This document shows, one piece after another, positions 45,542-52,346 of a stretch of 64,000 bases of DNA. Source of the DNA: Candidatus Acidiferrum sp. (lineage in GTDB: Bacteria > Acidobacteriota > Terriglobia > Acidiferrales > UBA7541); the NCBI GenBank assembly GCA_035483715.1, contig DATHPN010000087.1, positions 7,819-71,818 of the forward strand. The letters run 5' to 3'. Position numbers and translations under genes: made by a program. The notes under the pieces were generated by a model that was not told where the DNA came from, made no database searches, and saw only the letters and a program-made list of their open reading frames with translations. Positions within the stretch are counted from its first letter, which is position 1; the number at the start of each line of letters is the position of its first letter.

Positions 45542-46318
45542 TTGCTGATGCGAAATTCCTCGACGGTTTTGAGCCTTGCTCTCTTTGCGGCGCTCTCGCT
45601 TCCTGCTTTTGCGCGGGCTCAGAACGCGGACGAGTCCGGCGCCGCAAAAGTCCCGGCGGTCGTAGCACCGGGAGCCGATCTGACCGGAGTTTGGACGCAA
45701 TTCCCGCGCATCGGCGGCCGCAGCCTGGGCGAAGGCGGCTTTGTTTTCAGCAAAGAGGATCCGCCGATGACGCCCTGGGCGGAAGAAAAACTCAAGTCCA
45801 CCAAGGCGCCTCACACAGGCGGTTACACGGGCGAGTCGGACGACACTACTTTGAAATGTTATCCTCCCGGCGTGCCGCGGATTTATCTTTTCAATTTTCC
45901 GATGGAAATCTTCGTGGTTCCCGGCCGCGTGCTGATCGTCCACGAATTTGGCCACTATATTCGCCAGATCTGGACCGATGGGCGGCCGCATCCAAAGGAC
46001 CTGAATCCCAGCTGGATGGGGGACTCGATTGGAAAGTGGGAGGGAGACGCTCTCGTCGTCGATACCATCGGTTTCAACGACAAGACCTGGCTCGATCAAG
46101 TCGGCCATCCCCATTCCGACGAGCTACACCTCATCGAGCGCATCCACCGCACTGCACCGGACATGCTGCAAATCGATTTCACATTCGACGATCCCAAGGC
46201 CTACACCAGGAAATGGACCGGGATGAAGCAGTTCAAGCTTCGCCCGGACTGGCACATTTCGGAATACGTCTGCGAGGAAAATTTCGACAATAAAGAAATA
46301 CAGGAAATCAGCAAATAG
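45542..46318 (+). CDS. secreted conserved hypothetical protein (partner of the DUF6152-like gene)
   Basis: 258 aa. Signal MLMRNSSTVLSLALFAALSLPAFARAQ. CYPPGVPR...IRQIWTDGRPHP...WMGDSIGKWEGDALVVDTIGFNDKTWLD..GHPHSD. No family name recognised. Confidence 0.6.
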   Translation: MLMRNSSTVLSLALFAALSLPAFARAQNADESGAAKVPAVVAPGADLTGVWTQFPRIGGRSLGEGGFVFSKEDPPMTPWAEEKLKSTKAPHTGGYTGESDDTTLKCYPPGVPRIYLFNFPMEIFVVPGRVLIVHEFGHYIRQIWTDGRPHPKDLNPSWMGDSIGKWEGDALVVDTIGFNDKTWLDQVGHPHSDELHLIERIHRTAPDMLQIDFTFDDPKAYTRKWTGMKQFKLRPDWHISEYVCEENFDNKEIQEISK

Positions 46319-46414
46319 CGCGGGCTTCAGCCTGCGGGGTTTCAGTCCCATGCACACGGGCTACACGCACTTGCCAAGATCGAATGGAACCCCACAGACT
46401 GAAGTCTGCGCTAC
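46316..46414. repeat. PAL-A palindromic repeat copy 10 (long spacer)
   Basis: TAGCGCGGGCTTCAGCCTGCGGGGTTTCAG ... GGAACCCCACAGACTGAAGTCTGCGCTAC. The first TAG is the stop codon of the preceding gene. Confidence 0.85.
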
Positions 46415-46432
46415 CTGAGTCCGTGCTCCCTG

Positions 46433-46858
46433 CTATTTCTCCGCGTTGGCCGCGGGTTTCTCCGGCGGATATTTAATCAACTTCCCGCCCTCCGATTCGT
46501 AGACTTGCGCGCCAATCGCACCGGCAATTTTGAACCCTTTGCTTTCCAGCAAGTCCGCCGCGATTCCGGCGCGGTGCGCGTGATTGGAGACCATAACGAG
46601 CGGTTTGTCCTTGGGGATTTCGGCGAGATGTTTTTCGAGATCATCCGCCTGAATGTTGAGGTACACCGGGAAGCCGCCGTTCTGCGCAATTTCAGTGGGA
46701 CGCCGCACATCGATCAACAATACGCGACCAGGTGCCGCGACCAGCGCGTCAAATTCCGCGCGCGTGAGTATCTTTGCCTTGGAAGCGGGCGCGGCGCCCG
46801 GTTGCTGCGCGAAACTCACCGCGCTCGCCAGAAGTATCAGCAGGACGAGTCTCTTCAT
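46433..46858 (-). CDS. secreted rhodanese-homology domain protein lacking cysteine
   Basis: Signal MKRLVLLILLASAVSFAQQ. LLIDVRRPTEI...PLVMVSNHAHRAGIAADLL: rhodanese fold, but the active-site Cys position is Ser and the protein contains no Cys at all. Confidence 0.75.
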   Translation of the reverse strand: MKRLVLLILLASAVSFAQQPGAAPASKAKILTRAEFDALVAAPGRVLLIDVRRPTEIAQNGGFPVYLNIQADDLEKHLAEIPKDKPLVMVSNHAHRAGIAADLLESKGFKIAGAIGAQVYESEGGKLIKYPPEKPAANAEK

Positions 46859-46980
46859 AAAGTTGCTCTCCCTTTCATTGCAAGGTTGCCCAATCTGGCC
46901 GCCATTCTCTCACTGCCTCGCCGCAATGCAAAGGGATGGCCGCATCGTACGATCCGAGCGCGCGGGAGCGAATCAGAACC

Positions 46981-47463
46981 TTATTGATCTTTTCCGCCGA
47001 CCTGCACTTCAAAGCCATCCGGATCGCTGAAGTGAAAACTGTTCGCCGTCGTCCGCGTTTTGAAGCCGCGCCGCTTCAATTCCTCCTCCACCTCTCCTCT
47101 CACGTTCTTGTCCGTGTCCCAGTTGGCAATGGTCAAGCAGACGTGATCGACCACCGGAGTTGTGGGAATCTTACGCGGGTGAAAGATGAGCAGCGATTCT
47201 CCCAATCCCAGATTGGCCTTTTTCCCGTCGTCAAGCATGACTTTCATTCCGAAAAGTTCCGCATACCAATCGCGGCTCTTGCCGTAGTCGGCGACTTGAT
47301 AGCCAACGTGATTCAGGTAGGTGGCCTTTAGCACGCCGTTCCCGGGGGCCGCGCTCGCGGCCGAGGCTGCCGTCGCTGCCAGCGCGAGGCTCTGAATCAG
47401 TTGGCGGCGGGTCATTCTTCCGTCCTCGAAGTCGTGAAGAAGTTTCGCGATCAAATGTTCCAT
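46981..47463 (-). CDS. VOC (glyoxalase/bleomycin-resistance/dioxygenase) family protein with twin-arginine-like signal
   Basis: MTRRQLIQSLALAATAASAASAAPG (alternative ATG 47415), then LNHVGYQVADY...VDHVCLTIANW...FSDPDGFEVQV, typical of a VOC fold. Confidence 0.7.
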   Translation of the reverse strand: MEHLIAKLLHDFEDGRMTRRQLIQSLALAATAASAASAAPGNGVLKATYLNHVGYQVADYGKSRDWYAELFGMKVMLDDGKKANLGLGESLLIFHPRKIPTTPVVDHVCLTIANWDTDKNVRGEVEEELKRRGFKTRTTANSFHFSDPDGFEVQVGGKDQ

Positions 47464-47648
47464 TGCTTTGCCCTCCTCTTCGCAGTAGCAATCTGGATTG
47501 TTTGGCCGATTTCAGGTTTCCGCTTTCGGCTTGCCCCGTTTGCGGCGAAGCATAACTCCGTCATAGAGGAGTTACAAGGACGTAAGCAATCGCTCGCGAG
47601 CGAATGTCTTTATCCGCACTTCAGTGATTGAGGTATAGTCAGGAAATC

Positions 47649-48434
47649 ATGCGACCAATGCCTGCGCCAGTTTCGAGAAAATATTCTTTCGGAGTTGGAA
47701 TTTTTGCCGCGCTGCTCCTGGGTCTGGCCCTGCGCTTTTTTGCGCCGGCCGTTTCCGCGCAGGGATGGGAGCCGGCAATTCGCGATTTTGAAGACCAGGA
47801 TAAAGCGCATCCGCCAAAGCCCGGCAGCATTGTCTTCGCGGGAAGCTCCAATTTTCGCTTTTGGGACACGCTCGTTTCGGACATGAATCCGCTGGACGTG
47901 ATCAATCGAGGCTTTGGCGGCTCAGAATTTTCCGATCTCGACATGTACGCGAATCGCATCGTGATCGCCTACCACCCTCGCGCGGTGGTCGTCTACGAAG
48001 GAGACAACGATCTCGCGGAAGGCTCTCCTAAGACGCCGGACATGGTCGCGAACGACTTCCGGAAATTCGTACAGGCCGTGCATGGCGCGTTGCCCGACAC
48101 CTGGATTTACATTCTGGCCATCAAGCCGTCCAAACTGCGCTGGAACCAGTGGCCCCAGATGAAAGCAGCAAACAAACTGATGCAGGAGTATGCCGCGACG
48201 CAGCAGCGCGTGCAATTCATTGACATCGCCACGCCCATGTTCGATGCCAATGGAAATCTTCCGCGCGACTTGTTCAAGTCCGATGGCCTGCACCCGACTC
48301 CCAAGCTCTACGCCATGTGGACCGCGATCATCAAACCCATCCTGCTTCAACGGTTTGGTCCGGGAAAAAGCAGTTCGCGATTGATTTTCTCCCTGCCCAT
48401 TTTGTCGCAAGATACTCGTGGTTCAGGCGTATGA
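47649..48434 (+). CDS. SGNH/GDSL hydrolase family esterase, secreted
   Basis: Blocks I-V: IVFAGSSNF, GFGGSE, YEGDNDL, DGLHPT. Signal FGVGIFAALLLGLALRFFAPAVSAQG. The track start TTG 47628 is also possible. Confidence 0.85.
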   Translation: MRPMPAPVSRKYSFGVGIFAALLLGLALRFFAPAVSAQGWEPAIRDFEDQDKAHPPKPGSIVFAGSSNFRFWDTLVSDMNPLDVINRGFGGSEFSDLDMYANRIVIAYHPRAVVVYEGDNDLAEGSPKTPDMVANDFRKFVQAVHGALPDTWIYILAIKPSKLRWNQWPQMKAANKLMQEYAATQQRVQFIDIATPMFDANGNLPRDLFKSDGLHPTPKLYAMWTAIIKPILLQRFGPGKSSSRLIFSLPILSQDTRGSGV

Positions 48435-48447
48435 GGTTGCGGGATTA

Positions 48448-48522
48448 AGTGGCGCGGGCTTCAGCCTGCGGGTGTTCGTCCTTGCAAGGGCCAAAAACCC
48501 GCAGGCTGAAGCCCGCGCCACT
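48448..48522. repeat. PAL-A palindromic repeat copy 11 (GTGGCGCGGGC variant)
   Basis: AGTGGCGCGGGCTTCAGCCTGCGGGTGTTCGTCCTTGCAAGGGCCAAAAACCCGCAGGCTGAAGCCCGCGCCACT. Confidence 0.92.
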
Positions 48523-48617
48523 TGACCCCAAAGCACGAAGCAAGTCTTCGCCCGTCCTGCTAGAATAGGGATTCGTTTTGATAGCGATCGCGATTTCGAC
48601 GCCAGGAACAGAACCCG

Positions 48618-49961
48618 ATGTTTGAGAACCTGACAGACAAGCTGCAACGAGTCTTTAAAAACCTGCGCGGCCAGGGAAAACTCACGCAGGAGCACGTGGA
48701 CGAAGCGCTCGCGGGAATTCGCGAGGCGCTGCTGGAGGGCGACGTTAACGTCGGCGTGATCGATGAAGTGCTGACGCACATTCGCGATAAGGCACTCGGC
48801 TCGGAAGTGTTGCTGCAACTTTCTCCCGACCAGCAAGTCATCAAGATTGTGCGCGATGAACTGGCGCTGCTTCTCGGCAAGCACGCCAAGCCGCTTTTCT
48901 CCTCGCGGCCGCCTTCGGTGTGGATGATTGTCGGCCTGCAAGGTTCGGGCAAGACCACCACCACGGGCAAGCTGGCCAAGTGGCTCTCCGTGCACGGCCA
49001 CCGGCCCATCGTGGTTTCGACCGACGTTTACCGTCCCGCGGCGCGCGAACAGCTTGCGCAGGTGGCCAAAGCGGTCCACACCCCGTGCTGGCCCGGCGCG
49101 GGCAGCGACAAGCCGCTCGAAATTGCGCGCGGCGCGATTCGTGAAGCCAAACTTTCCGCGCACGACGTGATTCTGGTGGACACCGCCGGGCGCCTGCACA
49201 TCGACGACACACTGATGGAAGAGCTGGGCATGCTGAAGCGCGAGCTGACCCCGGCGGAAATCTTGTTCGTGGCGGACGCCATGATCGGGCAGGACGCCGT
49301 CCGTTCCGCGGGCGAATTTCACAAGAGGCTGGGCTTGACAGGCGTCGTGCTGACCAAGCTCGACGGCGATGCGCGCGGCGGCGCGGCACTTTCCATCGGC
49401 AAGGTGACGGGCGCGCCGGTGAAGTTCGTGGGCACGGGTGAAAAATACGACGCGCTCGACGCGTTTTATCCGGAGCGCATCGTTTCGCGCATCCTGGGCA
49501 TGGGCGACGTGCTTTCGCTCATCGAGCGCGTTGAGCAATCCGTCGACGCCAAGCAGGTGGCCGAACTCGAGCGCAAACTGCGCCGCAGCGAATTCACGCT
49601 CGAGGACTTCCGCGACCAGTTGCGGCAGATCCGCAAGATGGGTCCCCTCGAACAAGTGCTCGGCATGCTCCCGAAAGTGGGTCCGCTGGCGAAAGTTCCC
49701 AAGGACGTGCAAGTGGACGAATCGCATCTGAAGCGCATCGAGGCCATCATCAATTCGATGACCAATTCCGAGCGCAATGATCACAGCGTCATAGACGGCA
49801 AACGGCGCAAGCGCATCGCCCGCGGCAGCGGCACTTCGGTGCAGGAAGTGAATCAAGTGCTGAAGCAATACCTGCAGATGCGCCAGATGATGAAGCAATA
49901 CGGCGCGCTCGCCGCCCAGGGCCGCCTTAAAGGCCTCGGAAAACTCAGCGGCGTTTCGTAG
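48618..49961 (+). CDS. ffh: signal recognition particle protein Ffh
   Basis: MFENLTDKLQRVFKNLRGQGKLT, GLQGSGKTTTTGKLA, DTAGRL, TKLDGDARGGAALS, and a Met-rich M domain. Confidence 0.97.
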   Translation: MFENLTDKLQRVFKNLRGQGKLTQEHVDEALAGIREALLEGDVNVGVIDEVLTHIRDKALGSEVLLQLSPDQQVIKIVRDELALLLGKHAKPLFSSRPPSVWMIVGLQGSGKTTTTGKLAKWLSVHGHRPIVVSTDVYRPAAREQLAQVAKAVHTPCWPGAGSDKPLEIARGAIREAKLSAHDVILVDTAGRLHIDDTLMEELGMLKRELTPAEILFVADAMIGQDAVRSAGEFHKRLGLTGVVLTKLDGDARGGAALSIGKVTGAPVKFVGTGEKYDALDAFYPERIVSRILGMGDVLSLIERVEQSVDAKQVAELERKLRRSEFTLEDFRDQLRQIRKMGPLEQVLGMLPKVGPLAKVPKDVQVDESHLKRIEAIINSMTNSERNDHSVIDGKRRKRIARGSGTSVQEVNQVLKQYLQMRQMMKQYGALAAQGRLKGLGKLSGVS

Positions 49962-50184
49962 GGTCCCTTCACGTTCCTCGTCACTTGTGCGCGAGCCGGT
50001 CGTATTGTCCGGTGAGCAGGTTTTAGTAGCCCAGGCACTCTTGCCTGTGCTGCGCGGCTGGACAAACCTCTAGCGCGATCAATGCATCTCTATAGTAGAA
50101 GGGCTAGTCGGGAGGTTGGGTCGTCTGCGGGGTATCGCAAACAGGTGGAACCAGCTATAATCCTGGGCCAGGAGGAAGTGAATC

Positions 50185-50424
50185 GTGCTGGCAATCCGCC
50201 TTGCTAGAATTGGCAAAAAGAAGCAACCCTATTACCGCATCGTAGTGCTCGACAAGCGCAAACCGCGCAATGGAAGGACTGTCGAAGTGGTCGGAACCTA
50301 CGACCCGCTCAAGAATCCAGCGTTAATTCAGTTGAACGCCGAGCGAGTGAAGTATTGGCTGTCGTGCGGTGCGCAACCCAGTGACACCGTTCGCAGCTTT
50401 TTGACGGCCCAAAAAATCGCCTGA
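50185..50424 (+). CDS. rpsP: 30S ribosomal protein S16
   Basis: GTG start behind AGGAGGAAG. LAIRLARIGKKKQPYYRIVVLDKRKPRNGR. A TATAAT box lies at 50155-50160. Confidence 0.95.
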   Translation: MLAIRLARIGKKKQPYYRIVVLDKRKPRNGRTVEVVGTYDPLKNPALIQLNAERVKYWLSCGAQPSDTVRSFLTAQKIA

Positions 50425-50523
50425 ACCGCCGGGCGGTGGTTCAAGGAAGGTTCCCCTGGCCCTCGGAACCTGCACAAGTGAGATCTCAAGTTGAACCCGC
50501 GAATGTGACTGGTGGAGGGCCCC

Positions 50524-50754
50524 ATGAAGGACCTTGTGGAAGCGATTGCGAAAGCATTGGTCGATCATCCCGAACAAGTTCAGGTGCGATCCGTGGATGG
50601 GGAGCAAGTAACCGTGCTTGAATTGCGCGTGCACCCGGAAGATCTGGGCAAAGTGATCGGACGGCAGGGGCGGACGGCGAAATCCATCCGCACCATCCTC
50701 GGCGCCGCCGGGATGAAAATTCGGAAACGCCTGACGCTTGAAATCCTCGAATAG
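50524..50754 (+). CDS. KH domain RNA-binding protein (UPF0109/YlqC-like)
   Basis: [21 protein letters not shown]...[19 protein letters not shown], in the conserved position between rpsP and rimM. Confidence 0.9.
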   Translation: MKDLVEAIAKALVDHPEQVQVRSVDGEQVTVLELRVHPEDLGKVIGRQGRTAKSIRTILGAAGMKIRKRLTLEILE

Positions 50755-51301
50755 ATTGCCCGCGGAAGAATTCACCGGAGTAACGCTGGCCAGAATTCTG
50801 CGTCCTCGCGGCCTGCGCGGGGAAGTGGCCGCCGAAATCCTCACTGATTTCCCTGAGCGCCTGCCGAAGTTAAAGGAAGTGTGGCTCGCCGACGGGCGAA
50901 GCGCGCCGCGGCGTGTTCGCGTGCAGCGCTGCTGGCTATCGCCGGGCCGGGGGGGCCACGCCGTTTTTCATTTTGCGGATATTGACAGCATGGAAGCCGC
51001 GGAAAGCCTGCGCGGATTGGAAGTTCAGGTGCCGATCGAAGAGCGCGCGCAACTCTCCGCCGGGAACTACTTTGTCAGCGATCTGGTCGGATGCGCGGTG
51101 TGGGAAGCGGGCGCATCGTCGGCGCTCGGTTCCGTGCGCGACGTTGAATTTCCGGGCGGCGCGCCATTGCTGGCCATCGATACCCGCGATGGCGAAATCC
51201 TGTTGCCGCTCGCAGTGGAATTTTGCCTTCACATTGATGTGAAAGCGAAACGCATTGAAGTCTCTCTGCCGGATGGCCTGCGCGATTTGAATCGAACGTA
51301 A
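50738..51301 (+). CDS. rimM: 16S rRNA processing protein RimM
   Basis: [25 protein letters not shown] ... PRC-barrel C-terminus. Starts at TTG 50738 (overlapping the KH gene) or TTG 50756. Confidence 0.88.
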   Translation: MKSSNRLPAEEFTGVTLARILRPRGLRGEVAAEILTDFPERLPKLKEVWLADGRSAPRRVRVQRCWLSPGRGGHAVFHFADIDSMEAAESLRGLEVQVPIEERAQLSAGNYFVSDLVGCAVWEAGASSALGSVRDVEFPGGAPLLAIDTRDGEILLPLAVEFCLHIDVKAKRIEVSLPDGLRDLNRT

Positions 51302-51325
51302 ACTTTTTGAACCAGCCTTCTGAAT

Positions 51326-51352
51326 TGTCATTCCGAGCGGAGCGAGGAATCT
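51326..51352. repeat. PAL-D half copy
   Basis: TGTCATTCCGAGCGGAGCGAGGAATCT, left arm only, in the rimM-trmD spacer. Confidence 0.7.
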
Positions 51353-51468
51353 ATCCCTGCTCGCTGCCCGAAAAAAGAGTAATTCCCCGACGAGAAATGC
51401 GCTCCGGAATGGCAGCGACCAGGTTTTTCCGCGGCGTGTGACCCGCGCCGCGTTACACTGTCCCTGCC

Positions 51469-52272
51469 ATGCAGTTCGACATCATCACAATTTTTCCGGA
51501 ATTTTTCGCCGGCCCGCTGGATTACGGAATCGTACGTCGGGCGCGCGAGGCGCGTCTCGTGGATGTCTGCGTACACGACCTGCGCGCTTTCGTGCACGAT
51601 CGCCATCGAACCGTGGATGACCGCCCGTTTGGCGGCGGCGAGGGCATGGTGCTGAAACCCGAGCCGCTGTTCGAGGCCGTGGAATCGCTTGCGGGCGATG
51701 CAGCAGCAGGGCATGACGTGCCCCCACAAGGCGATGCAACGCCCGGCACGCGTTCAGCTACTGCGATTGTTCTGCTCTCCGCATCCGGGAAATTATTTCG
51801 ACAGGATACAGCGCGGCGATTCGCGCAACTCGATCGCGTCATCTTGCTGTGCGGCCGCTACGAAGGAGTGGACGAGCGTGTGGCCGAGCATCTTGCCACC
51901 GACGAACTCTCCATCGGCGATTTTGTTCTATCCGGCGGCGAATTGGGCGCCGCGCTCATCGTGGATGCGGTAACGCGCTTGATTCCAGGCGCACTGGGCA
52001 ACGAAGATTCCACAGTGAACGAATCTTTCAGCGCCCTCGAAGCTGAGGGCAGCGAAGCGATGTCCCCCGCCAGTCACCCGTCCCCGGTCCCCAGTCCCCT
52101 CCTCCTCGATTGCCCTCACTACACCCGCCCCGCGGAATTTCGCGGCTGGAGCGTTCCGGAAGTTTTGCTCGGCGGAAATCACGAAGAGATTCGCCGCTGG
52201 CGCCAGCAAAAAGCCCTGGAAAAAACACGACGCAACCGCCCCGATTTGCTGAACATCCCGATCGCCCTTTAG
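51469..52272 (+). CDS. trmD: tRNA (guanine37-N1)-methyltransferase TrmD
   Basis: [62 protein letters not shown]. Two low-complexity inserts make it 267 aa. Confidence 0.95.
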   Translation: MQFDIITIFPEFFAGPLDYGIVRRAREARLVDVCVHDLRAFVHDRHRTVDDRPFGGGEGMVLKPEPLFEAVESLAGDAAAGHDVPPQGDATPGTRSATAIVLLSASGKLFRQDTARRFAQLDRVILLCGRYEGVDERVAEHLATDELSIGDFVLSGGELGAALIVDAVTRLIPGALGNEDSTVNESFSALEAEGSEAMSPASHPSPVPSPLLLDCPHYTRPAEFRGWSVPEVLLGGNHEEIRRWRQQKALEKTRRNRPDLLNIPIAL

Positions 52273-52344
52273 TAGCGCAGGCTTCAGCCTGTGGATTTTG
52301 GGCCTTGCTAGGACGAACCCCCACAGGCTGAAGCCTGCGCTACT
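52271..52344. repeat. PAL-A palindromic repeat copy 12
   Basis: AGTAGCGCAGGCTTCAGCCTGTGGATTTTGGGCCTTGCTAGGACGAACCCCCACAGGCTGAAGCCTGCGCTACT. It overlaps the trmD TAG stop (52270-52272). Confidence 0.92.
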
Positions 52345-52346
52345 TT

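Noticed and set aside
50022-50065. GTAGCCCAGGCACTCTTGCCTGTGCTGC after ffh, considered as another PAL-A copy or a terminator.
   Set aside because: Only a 6-bp hairpin (CAGGCA/TGCCTG) is present, with no T-run and no second arm. The resemblance to PAL-A is limited to the GTAGC start.
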